Below are positions 27,614-37,935 of a DNA stretch of 64,000 nucleotides, piece after piece. The translations under genes were made by a program, and so were the position numbers. The DNA is from an uncultured Candidatus Saccharibacteria bacterium (GTDB lineage Bacteria > Patescibacteriota > WWE3 > CAZQQZ01), in assembly GCA_964595755.1 (NCBI GenBank), contig CAZQQZ010000001.1, positions 22,228 through 86,227 on the forward strand, in the 5' to 3' direction. Below the pieces are notes generated by a model. It was not told the DNA's origin. It saw nothing but the letters and a program-made list of their open reading frames with translations, and did no database searches. Position 1 is the stretch's first letter. Each line of letters starts with the position of its first letter.

Positions 27614-27910
27614 TTATGAAATTTTGTCCACTTTAAGAACAGTTAAAAAAGATCGGCTGCCAATTCGTCTTCGATGCCTGCTTTTTGCCCTAAATCTTCG
27701 AACATGCATCTTTTCTCCTCTTTTTTGTTCGGCTACGGAAAGGTCAACTTTAGCTCCAGTCAACGTTGGCGTGCCGACCTCCATTTTATCCCCATCCATT
27801 GTCATAAGTACCGTTGCCTCTGGTTTTTCGGTTTTTTTAACCTCAAAGGTATCTCCTTCCGAAACAATATATTGCGCGCCATTTAGTTTTATTACTGCTT
27901 GTTTTGCCAT
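27614..27910 (-). CDS. rplU: 50S ribosomal protein L21
   Basis: AVIKLNGAQYIVSEGD, VGTPTL and G.R...; start at MAKQAV; upstream of rpmA. Confidence 0.92.
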   Translation of the reverse strand: MAKQAVIKLNGAQYIVSEGDTFEVKKTEKPEATVLMTMDGDKMEVGTPTLTGAKVDLSVAEQKRGEKMHVRRFRAKSRHRRRIGSRSFLTVLKVDKIS

Positions 27911-27945
27911 AGACTGGGGGATTCTACCCTTTTTCCATCTTTCCG

Positions 27946-29049
27946 TCAACCACAAGATACAACGTTATCAAAAAGGGCCTTGTCGTTCGCATCAAGTGAT
28001 TTATGAATGGCCACACTCTGGACAACTCCCAGAAAAATCATCATCGTAAGCAGAGAGCTACCACCATAGGAAATTAAAGGCAAAGGGATTCCGGTGATCG
28101 GCATAATACCAATGTTCATGCCGACATTAACCACAAGCTGCACAAGAATAATGGAAAAAACCCCCACACAAATTAAAGAACCCAAGCAATCCGCGGATTT
28201 GGCGATCTGAAGAATTCTAAGTAGCAAAAAAAGGAAGAGAAAAAGCATCAAAATCGTTCCCAAAAAACCCCACTCTTCGGCGAAGGAAGCAAAAATGAAG
28301 TCCGTATGGTATTCTGGCAAAAACCTTAAGTGCGATTGGGTCCCTCTCCCAAATCCCCTTCCTAGTATCTTTCCACTACCAACCGCAATCTTTGCTTGAA
28401 TTACATTATAGCCTCGCCCAAGAGGATCCAAGGCCGGATTAAAAAAAGAAATAAGCCGATTTTTCTGGTATTCTTTCAAAATATTCCAAAACGGGTAAGA
28501 AATAATTCCCCCCAACGAAAATATGGAAATTATGTAAGGAATAGGTATTCCCGAGTAAAAAACCATAAAAAACCAAACGGCGATTAAAACAATTGAAGTT
28601 CCAAGATCGGGTTGTATAAAAACTAATGCTGCTAAAGGTAAAGTGATGGTAAGAGTACCTAAAAGTTTAGACAAAGAAATTTTCACGAAAACTTTTGAAA
28701 GGTAACCTGCCAAAGAAATGACGAGGGTTATTTTTGCAAATTCTGATGGTTGCAACCCAAACTCCCCGAAAGTAAACCAGCGAGAAGAACCTCTGGTTAC
28801 CTCCCCAAGAACATAAACAGCAACTAAAGAAAAAACAGATAATATAAAGATAGGATTTTTTAAAGCCACGAGAGAATGATAATCAATAAAAGAAAAAAGA
28901 AAATAAAAGACCAAAGAGACACCGAAAAAAACAATTTGATTATCGGCCGAGGCACGACTCGTCGAATAAAGCGCCGAATACCCAAGCATGAACAGAAAAA
29001 CCATCGGAAGAAAGAGCAAAAAATCGAATCGGGGTAATGTTTTTAACAT
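27946..29049 (-). CDS. rodA: SEDS peptidoglycan glycosyltransferase RodA
   Basis: QPSEFAK, QPDLG, LPEYHTDFIF and LPLISYGGSS. Confidence 0.92.
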   Translation of the reverse strand: MLKTLPRFDFLLFLPMVFLFMLGYSALYSTSRASADNQIVFFGVSLVFYFLFSFIDYHSLVALKNPIFILSVFSLVAVYVLGEVTRGSSRWFTFGEFGLQPSEFAKITLVISLAGYLSKVFVKISLSKLLGTLTITLPLAALVFIQPDLGTSIVLIAVWFFMVFYSGIPIPYIISIFSLGGIISYPFWNILKEYQKNRLISFFNPALDPLGRGYNVIQAKIAVGSGKILGRGFGRGTQSHLRFLPEYHTDFIFASFAEEWGFLGTILMLFLFLFLLLRILQIAKSADCLGSLICVGVFSIILVQLVVNVGMNIGIMPITGIPLPLISYGGSSLLTMMIFLGVVQSVAIHKSLDANDKALFDNVVSCG

Positions 29050-29065
29050 CAGAAATGTTTGTAAA

Positions 29066-31984
29066 TCAAACCTTCTCTATCGAGAAATTCTCTCCTTTGG
29101 TCATTGAGACGGCTAAAGTTTTTGCCATAATTTTGTCTTTAAAAAGCTCTACTGCCTTGACATTTTCGGGAGTATCTTTATAAACTACCTTGATTTTATC
29201 GGATATTGCGAACACGGAATCTTTTCTTAAAGTTTGAATCGTCCGCATCATATCTCTTGCGGTTCCTTCCGCTTTAAGCTCGTCTGAAAGTTTCGTATCG
29301 AGAGTAACCTTAAGATCCGCTCTTTTATTAACCTCAAAAACTACCTCCTTCACATTTAGCTCGTCTTTAATAAGAGGAAAAAGGGTGTCAGCGACTGTTT
29401 TTGAATATTCAACTGTCACTTTGGCGAGAGGCTGGCGAACCTTAAGTTGTTGATCCTTACGCTCCGCGTGCCCCAAAGCGCAAACTTCCCTAACCGTCCC
29501 CATTTCCTCCATCAACTGTGTATCGATACATAGAGACAGTGGGGTAGGGAAATCGGACAAATGAACAGAGATACTTTTTTCGTTTTTTTCATTAAATCTT
29601 TGCCAAAGTTCTTCGCTTATAAACGGAGTAAACGGAGCTAAGAGACGAACCAAGTTCGTAAGAACGTAGTGAAGAACCGAGAGACACTCTTTACCATCGG
29701 GGGTATCTTTAGCTTCATAAGACAACCGATCTCGCGAACGCCTGATGTACCAACCAGAAAGGTCATTTATAACGAAATTTTCTATTGCCTGAGATGCCTT
29801 AACGTGATCATAATGGTCGAGCCTTTCGGTCACTTCTCTTATTAGTGAGTGTAGGCGGGAGATAATCCATCGGTCCAAAACGTTCTTAAATTTTGTTTTT
29901 TCCGTGATTTTAAGTTCGAATAAAGACTTGGTCCCAGCTTTAGCTTGATCGTAAAATTGGTAGCAATTCCAAAGAGGAAGTATAAAACGTCGTCTTACTT
30001 CATTCGCAGGCGTGTAACCAAAGTTTAGATTTAATTCAATCGGTTGAGTCACATAAAGCCATCGCATCACGTCCACCCCCATTTTCTCGGCCGCATCATC
30101 AAACCAAATCGCGTTCCCTTTGCTTTTGTGCATCTCTTCGCCCTTTTCGTCCTTTACGAGACCGTGTCCTACAAGTTGTTTAAAAGGAGGCTTGCCGGTT
30201 AGAACGGTACTCATCGCAATCAAAGAGTAAAACCAATTTTTAAATTGCCCGGGGAAGCATTCCAAAACTAAATCAGCCGGAAACCACTTTTTAAAGTATT
30301 TCTCATCCGTAAAATACTTCAGGGTTGAATAGGCAACAATCCCCGCATCAAGCCAAGGGTTACCAACATCTGGAATCCTAGAGGCTAGTTTCCCACATTT
30401 TTCACACTTTATTTTTATCTCATCCACATAAGGCCGATGAGGAGTGTGCCCTTCAAACTTATCCCACCCAGAAACCGCTCGTCTTTTAAGCTCTTCTAAA
30501 GATCCGATCACCTCAAAATTTCCACAAGAACACTCCCAAATTGGAAGGGCTAATCCCCAATAACGCTTTTTGGAAATCAGCCAATCTTCCATATTATTTA
30601 GCCAATCCAGCTCTCTTCTATAACCAAAATCCGGTGCCCACTTTATTTCCTTAATCACTTTCTTCATCATCTCTCGCGGACTATCCTTTTTAAAATCCCG
30701 CTCTCCCTCTTTGGCTCCCATAGAGATGTACCATTCATCAACCACCCGCCAAATTAGTTCGGTTTTGCAGCGCCAGCAGACAGGGTAACGATGAGTTACA
30801 TTTTTAAGCCCAAAAAGATAAAGTCCTTTTTCAACTTTTCCAAGGTAATCAAATATCAGTGGAGGATCATCCTTTGCGTTTTTCTTGGATAAATTGCCGA
30901 AACCGGTAAGATAATTGCCCGCCTCGTCCACTAGAGGAAGAACACACCCAAGAAGCTGAAGATACCTCGCTAAGCGAAAATCTTCCGTTCCGCACCCGGG
31001 GGCGATGTGGACCAAACCAGTACCCTCTTCTTCATTAACCAAATCCTCACTCAAAACCACTTGATGAAATCTGTTTCCTTGGTCTTTCGCCATCTTTGCC
31101 ACTTCCGGAAGCGAATCAAACGGACCTTTGTAATTTAATCCTGAAAGTTTCTCCCCCAAAACTACCTTTTCCGGAGCAATGCCCCCAAATATCTCACTCC
31201 CAAGCTTCCTAGAAACCCAATACTTTTTTCCTTCATAAGAAATCAAGGCGTATTCCATCTTTGGATTAACGGCAACTAGAGTGTTTCCTGGGATGGTCCA
31301 GGGGGTAGTTGTCCAAACCAAGAGGAACTCGCCGTATTTTACGAGAGGAAACCTCATAAAAACAGATTTGTGAGTAAGCTCTTTGTATTCCTCCGTTAAA
31401 ATTTCATGTTGGGAAATGGCTGTCCCACACCTCGGGCACCAGGGAACGCTATCTTTGCCTTTGTATAACCAATTACTTTCCCAACATTTCTTGAGGAAGG
31501 CCCAAATCGCATAATTATTCTCTTCGCTCATCGTAAAATAATCGTTCCCCCAATCCATAAAATAGCCTAAACGCTGACTCTGCTTTGTCTGAACATCGGC
31601 GAAGTGTTTCGTGTGTTCTTTACAATCTTCAACGAACTTCGCAATCCCGTATTTTTCGATCTCCGTTTTTGATTTAAATCCTAATTTTTTCTCCACCTCT
31701 ACCTCCACCCAAAGCCCTTGGTTATCAAACCCGTTTTGATACCTCTGTCGATATCCCTTCATCGTTTTATATCTCTGATAAAGGTCTTTTAAAGTCCTTC
31801 CCCAAGCATGATGGACTGCCATCGGATTATTGGCGGTAATTGGGCCATCCAAAAAGGAAAATTGCTTTTCCGATTTTTCATTCTTTTTGAGATATTTCTG
31901 TAAAACTCCGTTTTCTTCCCAAAATTTAAGGGTTTTGTGTTCTATTTCTATAAAATTTGGGGAGTTACTTTGAGTTTCCGACAT
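29066..31984 (-). CDS. ileS: Isoleucyl-tRNA synthetase, type II
   Basis: [31 protein letters not shown] and EMHKS; type II-like C-terminus (L..EG.ARD). Confidence 0.95.
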   Translation of the reverse strand: MSETQSNSPNFIEIEHKTLKFWEENGVLQKYLKKNEKSEKQFSFLDGPITANNPMAVHHAWGRTLKDLYQRYKTMKGYRQRYQNGFDNQGLWVEVEVEKKLGFKSKTEIEKYGIAKFVEDCKEHTKHFADVQTKQSQRLGYFMDWGNDYFTMSEENNYAIWAFLKKCWESNWLYKGKDSVPWCPRCGTAISQHEILTEEYKELTHKSVFMRFPLVKYGEFLLVWTTTPWTIPGNTLVAVNPKMEYALISYEGKKYWVSRKLGSEIFGGIAPEKVVLGEKLSGLNYKGPFDSLPEVAKMAKDQGNRFHQVVLSEDLVNEEEGTGLVHIAPGCGTEDFRLARYLQLLGCVLPLVDEAGNYLTGFGNLSKKNAKDDPPLIFDYLGKVEKGLYLFGLKNVTHRYPVCWRCKTELIWRVVDEWYISMGAKEGERDFKKDSPREMMKKVIKEIKWAPDFGYRRELDWLNNMEDWLISKKRYWGLALPIWECSCGNFEVIGSLEELKRRAVSGWDKFEGHTPHRPYVDEIKIKCEKCGKLASRIPDVGNPWLDAGIVAYSTLKYFTDEKYFKKWFPADLVLECFPGQFKNWFYSLIAMSTVLTGKPPFKQLVGHGLVKDEKGEEMHKSKGNAIWFDDAAEKMGVDVMRWLYVTQPIELNLNFGYTPANEVRRRFILPLWNCYQFYDQAKAGTKSLFELKITEKTKFKNVLDRWIISRLHSLIREVTERLDHYDHVKASQAIENFVINDLSGWYIRRSRDRLSYEAKDTPDGKECLSVLHYVLTNLVRLLAPFTPFISEELWQRFNEKNEKSISVHLSDFPTPLSLCIDTQLMEEMGTVREVCALGHAERKDQQLKVRQPLAKVTVEYSKTVADTLFPLIKDELNVKEVVFEVNKRADLKVTLDTKLSDELKAEGTARDMMRTIQTLRKDSVFAISDKIKVVYKDTPENVKAVELFKDKIMAKTLAVSMTKGENFSIEKV

Positions 31985-32093
31985 AATTTTGGCTAAACAT
32001 CAAATCCACCCGACGCGCTCGTAAAATCAAAACGCCTAAAAGTAGAGTGCAAACAAATACCAATCCCAAAAAACCTAGGTAAAGTCGATTCAT
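31965..32093 (-). CDS. Candidate 42-aa hydrophobic leader ORF overlapping the ileS start
   Basis: [42 protein letters not shown]; the ATG lies 8 nt after a TATAGT -10. Confidence 0.35.
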   Translation of the reverse strand: MNRLYLGFLGLVFVCTLLLGVLILRARRVDLMFSQNYVGNSK

Positions 32094-32123
32094 AAATTGG
32101 GACTATACTACCATAAAAATTGA

Positions 32124-32810
32124 CTAGAATCTAAGCGCCACCTTAGGCGCAATCGCTTTTATCTTCGGAAAAAGAATATCAAAAAACTCCCGCTTGTAAG
32201 GTTTTACACTTTTAAAAAACGGGTCGAGCGTAGAAATAGGGTTAAAGTTCTGTAGAAACCATTTATCTTTCTTTCCAATAATCCTCGCCATCGCTAAAAG
32301 ACCCTCTTCGTTATGAATTCCCGGAACAACTGTCGTTCTAATCTCAAAGGTAATTCCGCTCTTTCTAAGAATCTCAAACGATTTTAGAAAGTTTTCGTAA
32401 TCTGACTCCTTATAAATTTTTCCACTTTCCCTCACTTCTTTAAAATCAAGGGCAACATAATCAAGTAACTTTTCTGATGTTAACCTACTTAATACCTCGA
32501 AGTTAAGCCCATTGGTGTCAAGTTTAATAAGAAAACCTAAACTGCGACATTTTTTGATAAATTCAAAAAGATCCGATTGAAGGGTGGGCTCACCGCCGGA
32601 GATAACTATTCCGTCCAAAAGTCCTTTTCGGCTTTCTAAAAACTTAAAAAAGTAGGTTTCATCTATCTTTGGCAACTTTTCTGGAGTTAAAACTAATTCT
32701 TGGTTATAACAAAAAGGGCAACGGAGGTTGCAATATTGGGTAAAAATGATGCAGGCGACTTTGTTCGGAAAATCCATCAAAGTAATTTTTTGTAGTCCTC
32801 GAATCTCCAT
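32124..32810 (-). CDS. nrdG: Anaerobic ribonucleotide reductase activating radical SAM protein
   Basis: CNLRCPFC, SGGEPT, KLDTNG and EIRTT. Confidence 0.9.
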   Translation of the reverse strand: MEIRGLQKITLMDFPNKVACIIFTQYCNLRCPFCYNQELVLTPEKLPKIDETYFFKFLESRKGLLDGIVISGGEPTLQSDLFEFIKKCRSLGFLIKLDTNGLNFEVLSRLTSEKLLDYVALDFKEVRESGKIYKESDYENFLKSFEILRKSGITFEIRTTVVPGIHNEEGLLAMARIIGKKDKWFLQNFNPISTLDPFFKSVKPYKREFFDILFPKIKAIAPKVALRF

Positions 32811-32910
32811 AAGTACCTAAATTTAACACTTTTTGATATTTATGGTAAAATGAAGATAACAAAAGGCAGGATTTGCCTTTTTTGGTTGTTAGAAGTATTT
32901 TTTATAACGT

Positions 32911-34731
32911 ATGGCAAAAGAAAACATTAGAAATGTCGCGGTTATCGCCCACGTTGATCACGGCAAAACCACTTTAATAGACGCTCTTCTTAAGCAAACT
33001 CATGTTTTTCGCGACAACGAAAAGGAAATGAGCGAACAATGTATTCTCGATAGTTCGGATCTTGAACGAGAAAAAGGAATTACCATCTTGGCCAAAAACT
33101 GCACCGTTTTTTATAAAGGCATAAAAATTAACATTATTGATACTCCAGGTCACGCCGATTTTTCGGGGGAAGTAGAACGCACGCTTGGAATGGCGGACGG
33201 AGCCCTTCTTATTATCGACGCCCAAGAAGGGCCAATGCCCCAAACCAGATTTGTGCTTAAAAAAGCCCTTGAACTAGGATTAAAAATCATTGTCGTTATC
33301 AATAAAATTGACAAGCAGTTTGCCGATGTCGACCGAGCAATTTCCAAAACAAGCGATTTATTTTTGGATATCGCAACAGATGAAACTCAAATAGATTTTC
33401 CCGTTCTTTACGCCGTCGGTCGGGCAGGGGCGGTTTATAATGAAGTTCCGAGTGATCTTAACGAGCCGCAAAATGCCCTACAGCTTTTGGATAAAATAAT
33501 CGATTACGTTCCCGCGCCAAAAGGTGAATCTTCTGGCCTTTTTAAAATGGTTGTTTCCTCTCTCGATCATGATATTCATCTAGGACAAATCATTCTTGGA
33601 AAAATTTATTCCGGTACGATTTCTGAAGGCCAAGAAGTTATCCTTGCCCAAAAGCCAGAAACAAAATTAAAGATTGAACGGGTAATGGTTAATTCTGGAC
33701 TAACGAGAATAAAAACAGAAAAAGCTGAAGCGGGCGATATTGTCGCTCTCTCCGGAATTCAAGAGGTGGAAATCGGAATGACTTTAACCGACCCAAAAGA
33801 GCCTTCCCCACTACCCGCGCCAAAAATCTCGGAACCAACCCTTCATATGAGCCTTGGACCTAATACTTCCCCATTCTCTGGGAAAGAGGGGCAATTTTGC
33901 ACCGCCAGGCAACTTGAGGAAAGACTAAACCGGGAACTCAAGAAAAATTTAAGCTTAAGGGTAGAAAAAATGGACAATAATAAATTTAAAATTTCGGGAC
34001 GGGGAGAACTACATCTAGCAATTCTGCTTGAAACAATGAGACGAGAAGGCTACGAAATGGAAGTTGGGAAACCAGAAGTCATCGTTAAAAATATCGACGG
34101 AGCCGACTCTGAGCCTGTCGAAGAAGTTGATATTATCGTTCCGGAAATGCATGTTGGGACAATTAATCGAGAGCTTGGAGCAAGGGGCGGTAGTTTAATT
34201 AAAATGAGCCCATTAACGGAAACAGAAATGGAATTTATTTATGAAATTCCAACTAGGGCTTTAATTGGATTAAGGAGTCTGCTTCTAACCCAAACAAAAG
34301 GGACGGTGGTTTTTAATTCAATTGTGACCGGATATGCTCCTTTAGGAAAGCCTTTACAAAAACTCCGCCAAGGTGCGTTGGTTTCCGCAGAGACCGGACC
34401 CGCCCTTTCTTATGGTCTGGAAAACGCCCAAGGCCGGGGAATTACTTTCGTAGACCCTGGAATTCAAGTATACGAAGGAATGATTATTGGTCTTGGGGCT
34501 AAGGAAAATGACATTGACATCAATGTCTGTAAAGGCAAGCATTTGACTAACATTCGCGCCGCTTCCGCCGATAAAATGATCCAACTAGCCCCCTCAACCA
34601 TTTTGAGTTTGGAGCAATCGCTTGATTTCTTAGAGAACGATGAACTTCTCGAAATTACCCCAAAGTCATTGAGGCTCCGTAAAAAATTTCTAACTGACTT
34701 AGACAGAAGACGCGCCAAAAGAGCAGGCTAA
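32911..34731 (+). CDS. typA: Translational GTPase TypA/BipA
   Basis: [21 protein letters not shown] and GRGELHL. Confidence 0.97.
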   Translation: MAKENIRNVAVIAHVDHGKTTLIDALLKQTHVFRDNEKEMSEQCILDSSDLEREKGITILAKNCTVFYKGIKINIIDTPGHADFSGEVERTLGMADGALLIIDAQEGPMPQTRFVLKKALELGLKIIVVINKIDKQFADVDRAISKTSDLFLDIATDETQIDFPVLYAVGRAGAVYNEVPSDLNEPQNALQLLDKIIDYVPAPKGESSGLFKMVVSSLDHDIHLGQIILGKIYSGTISEGQEVILAQKPETKLKIERVMVNSGLTRIKTEKAEAGDIVALSGIQEVEIGMTLTDPKEPSPLPAPKISEPTLHMSLGPNTSPFSGKEGQFCTARQLEERLNRELKKNLSLRVEKMDNNKFKISGRGELHLAILLETMRREGYEMEVGKPEVIVKNIDGADSEPVEEVDIIVPEMHVGTINRELGARGGSLIKMSPLTETEMEFIYEIPTRALIGLRSLLLTQTKGTVVFNSIVTGYAPLGKPLQKLRQGALVSAETGPALSYGLENAQGRGITFVDPGIQVYEGMIIGLGAKENDIDINVCKGKHLTNIRAASADKMIQLAPSTILSLEQSLDFLENDELLEITPKSLRLRKKFLTDLDRRRAKRAG

Positions 34732-34734
34732 TTT

Positions 34735-34774
34735 ATGTACGAAAACATCGACGGTCGTCGATAAAACCGTACAT
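34735..34774. repeat. 40-bp interrupted palindrome, copy A (downstream of the PaaX-like gene)
   Basis: ATGTACG-AAAAC-ATCGACG-GT-CGTCGAT-AAAAC-CGTACAT. Confidence 0.92.
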
Positions 34775-34827
34775 CGTTATTTTGGGGAAACAGACACTCT
34801 GGTAACTTCTGGTACTTTAATTAAGAG

Positions 34828-35580
34828 TCAAAGATTTACTTCGATTTTTTTTCGTATTTCGTCGAATATTTTCCTTGCTTCTCTGCCTCCCCAATCAGCA
34901 GGCAAAATTTCGTCAGGAAGATATGGGTCTTCTTTCAGTATTTCTAAATATTGACCAAAAAATGAAGTATTAACTACCGATGAATTCACGTTTATATTCT
35001 TTTTGCAATTTTCTATGAGGAGGGAGTATCTTTCAGAAATCGCAGGAAGATCCCACGCCTTCATAGCTATTTCTTCATTCGAGTAAGATCCGACTTTCTC
35101 CGCTTCAAAAAACAAAACTCCTATTTCGATATTTTCCGTTTTAAACAATTCTTCTATCTCGTCAATAACTGGATGCGGGGATATCCAAACGCTTTCTTGA
35201 AGTAAACCAAACCCAAGTTGGCGAAGATGATTTCTAACACGTTCTCGCGCATTTCTACTTTTTTCTTCTATGTCAAAAATCACAATTCTCCACTTCTTAT
35301 CCCATGGTTTTTTATTAATCTTGTTAATATTTATTGTTCTGTTTAGAGTCTTAAGGCCTAAACTAGTTATTTTATAACGAATCTCTCCCTCTTGAGATAC
35401 TTCTTTTTCTATTTCACCAACAGACACTAACCTTCTTACCGCCTGCTCTACTTTCCGATCCTTCTTACCCATTCTCAGACCAAGAATATCGTGAGATCTT
35501 TTATTGTAAAGACCAGAAACATAACTCCAATAATCAACCGTTTCCGCAAGTTCTATTAGGATTTTATCTTTTGTTCTCAT
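34828..35580 (-). CDS. PaaX-family protein (wHTH, Cas2-like ferredoxin domain, PaaX C-terminal domain)
   Basis: WDKKWRIVIFDIEE...R..LGFGLLQESVWISP, AWDL and DPYLPDEILP.DW.G. Confidence 0.88.
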   Translation of the reverse strand: MRTKDKILIELAETVDYWSYVSGLYNKRSHDILGLRMGKKDRKVEQAVRRLVSVGEIEKEVSQEGEIRYKITSLGLKTLNRTININKINKKPWDKKWRIVIFDIEEKSRNARERVRNHLRQLGFGLLQESVWISPHPVIDEIEELFKTENIEIGVLFFEAEKVGSYSNEEIAMKAWDLPAISERYSLLIENCKKNINVNSSVVNTSFFGQYLEILKEDPYLPDEILPADWGGREARKIFDEIRKKIEVNL

Positions 35581-35607
35581 CACTCTATATGTTACTTCAT
35601 TTTATTA

Positions 35608-35647
35608 GTGTACGAAATTATCGACGGTCGTCGATAAAACCGTACAT
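35608..35647. repeat. 40-bp interrupted palindrome, copy B (upstream of the PaaX-like gene)
   Basis: GTGTACG-AAATT-ATCGACG-GT-CGTCGAT-AAAAC-CGTACAT; 37/40 identical to copy A, same orientation. Confidence 0.92.
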
Positions 35648-35683
35648 AATCCTGAGGGAAAATTGCGCCGACCGATATCAACC

Positions 35684-37801
35684 TTAGACCTTATATTCCT
35701 TCCTCATCGCAAATTCGGATTGCTTTCCATCATTCCACTGCTTTACCGGGCGCAAATAACCAACAATCCTTGAGAATACTTCACACTCTGCCTTGCAATC
35801 CGGACATTCAAAATGCTCTCCCGCAATATACCCATGAGTTGGGCAAATGCTGAATGTTGGCGTTAGAGTAAAGTAGGGCAAGTGGTAATTCGAAGAAATC
35901 TTTCTTACCAAAGATTTTACTGCCTCAATCGAGGGAAGCTTCTCCCCCACAAATCCGTGCAAAACCGTTCCCCCGGTGTATTTAGTCTGAATTTCGTCCT
36001 GAAGGGTAAGGGCAGCAAATAAATCATCGGTATAGTTTACCGGCAGTTGAGAGGAGTTGGTGTAAAAAGGAGCGGCTCGCTTTTGCAAGTAGTCAAGCTC
36101 ATTGGCAACTACAATATCGGGATACATCTGCTTATCTTTCTTGGCCAAGCTAAAGCTAGTGCCTTCCGCTGGAGTTGCCTCCAGGTTATAAAGCTCATTC
36201 TGCTCTTTTTGAAAATCCCCCAATTTCTCCCGCATAAAATCTAGCACCTCCACCGCGAACTCCCGCCCTTCATCCGAAGCAATATTCTTCCTCATGAAAT
36301 TCATAATCGCTTCGTTCATTCCACAAAGTCCAATTGTATTAAAGTGGTTTTTCCAGTATGCCCCAAATCTTTCCTTAACTGAGGAAAGGTAAACCTTGGC
36401 GTATGGATACAGTCCTTGATCAGTAAAAGTCTCGAGAACATTCCTTTTTAAAGAAAGACTATCTTTAGCAAGCATCATTAACTTTTCAAGACGGGAGAAG
36501 AAATCCTTTTTATCATTGGCTAAATACCCAATTCTTGGCATATTTATGGTAACGACCCCAATACTTCCAGTCAAGGGATTAGAGCCAAATAACCCTCCAC
36601 CACGTTTCCTTAGTTCTCTCTTATCAAGACGCAATCGACAGCACATCGAACGAGCGTCCGAAGGATCCATATCGGAATTAACAAAGTTTGCAAAATAGGG
36701 AATCCCGTATTTTGCCGTCATTTCCCAAATCGGCTCCAAATTTTTATTATCCCAATCAAAATCCTTGGAAATATTGTAAGTGGGAATGGGAAAGGTAAAA
36801 ACCCGACCCTTAGCGTCCCCCTGGACATAAACCCGAGCGAGCGCTCGATTTATCATATCCATCTCTACCTGAAACTCGCCGTATTTTTTATCAATCGGTT
36901 TTCCCCCAACAATGGCATGATCTTTCGCAATATCTTTGGGGGGTGTCAAATCGAGAGTTATGTTGGTAAAGGGAGTCTGAAAGCCGACCCGGGTTGGGAC
37001 ATTGGCGTTAAACATAAATTCCTGAAGCGCTTGTTCCACTTCTCGTTCGGTAAGTTTATCCACCCAAACAAAAGGGGCAAGGTAAGTATCAAAATTGGAA
37101 AAAGCGACCGCCCCAGCGATTTCCCCCTGAAGGGTATACAAGAAGTTAACCATCTGCCCAAGGGCCACCCGGAGGTGCTTGGGAGGCTTACACTCAATTT
37201 TCCCAGAAACTCCACCGAAACCTCGAATAAGTAAATCACGAAGGTCCCACCCACAACAATACGGAGCTAGAATCTGAAGATTATGAATATGCATGTCTCC
37301 CTTAACGTGAGCATCGCGAATTTCCGAGGAATATATTTTATTAAGCCAGTAGCGGGCGGAAATGGTTGAAAAAACATGGTTATTTAACCCCTGCAAAGAA
37401 TAATCCATATTGGAATTCTCTTTAACTCGCCAGTCAGAACGGGTTAAATAGCTGTCCATCAGCTCGTCAGTATCAACCAGAGAGTTTATATCGCGGATGC
37501 GGTTATGAAGATCGCGGTACAAAATATAAGATTTGGCGGTTTTTGCGTGTCCAGTTTCGATCAAAACCTTCTCTACAATATCTTGAATATCTTCCACCGA
37601 AGGAATCGTGTGTCCATCATATTTTTTTTCGAGCAAAGTAACGACCTTATCAGAAAGCGCTTTCGCCAGCTCCTTGTCCTTTCCCCCAACACTACGAGCC
37701 GCTTTAAAAATCGCGTCCGTAATCTTAACTTGCTCGAAAGGAACAATTCTCCCATCTCTCTTTCTGATTTCGGTTACCGTAATATCTTTTGTCTTTTCCA
37801 T
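35684..37801 (-). CDS. nrdD: Class III anaerobic ribonucleoside-triphosphate reductase with ATP cone
   Basis: KRDG ATP cone, PYCCG, SMCCRL, EATPAE, CPTHG...CPDC and RIVGYL glycyl-radical motif. Confidence 0.96.
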   Translation of the reverse strand: MEKTKDITVTEIRKRDGRIVPFEQVKITDAIFKAARSVGGKDKELAKALSDKVVTLLEKKYDGHTIPSVEDIQDIVEKVLIETGHAKTAKSYILYRDLHNRIRDINSLVDTDELMDSYLTRSDWRVKENSNMDYSLQGLNNHVFSTISARYWLNKIYSSEIRDAHVKGDMHIHNLQILAPYCCGWDLRDLLIRGFGGVSGKIECKPPKHLRVALGQMVNFLYTLQGEIAGAVAFSNFDTYLAPFVWVDKLTEREVEQALQEFMFNANVPTRVGFQTPFTNITLDLTPPKDIAKDHAIVGGKPIDKKYGEFQVEMDMINRALARVYVQGDAKGRVFTFPIPTYNISKDFDWDNKNLEPIWEMTAKYGIPYFANFVNSDMDPSDARSMCCRLRLDKRELRKRGGGLFGSNPLTGSIGVVTINMPRIGYLANDKKDFFSRLEKLMMLAKDSLSLKRNVLETFTDQGLYPYAKVYLSSVKERFGAYWKNHFNTIGLCGMNEAIMNFMRKNIASDEGREFAVEVLDFMREKLGDFQKEQNELYNLEATPAEGTSFSLAKKDKQMYPDIVVANELDYLQKRAAPFYTNSSQLPVNYTDDLFAALTLQDEIQTKYTGGTVLHGFVGEKLPSIEAVKSLVRKISSNYHLPYFTLTPTFSICPTHGYIAGEHFECPDCKAECEVFSRIVGYLRPVKQWNDGKQSEFAMRKEYKV

Positions 37802-37935
37802 AGGCAGGGTGTAACTTAGGATTCCAAGTCTAAAGGCGATTAAAATCTATTGCAAACGAACTCGAAAAAATTTGGGGCGTTATTAAAAGAAAAAATTTCC
37901 CTCCCGCCCACTTTTATGCATGATCAACCTATCCG

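Noticed and set aside
31985-32123. T-box riboswitch upstream of ileS
   Set aside because: No GGTGGNACCGCG T-box sequence or antiterminator is visible, and the region is too short.
34735-35647. Mini CRISPR array (two 40-bp palindromic repeats around a Cas2-like gene)
   Set aside because: There are only two repeats, separated by about 830 bp that contain a gene. No spacer-sized units and no cas1 or effector genes are present.
35684-37801. Intein or intron in nrdD (also considered for polA and ileS)
   Set aside because: Lengths are normal, reading frames are continuous, and no splice-junction or homing-endonuclease motifs were seen.
37802-37935. NrdR boxes upstream of nrdD
   Set aside because: No convincing match to the tandem 16-bp consensus.
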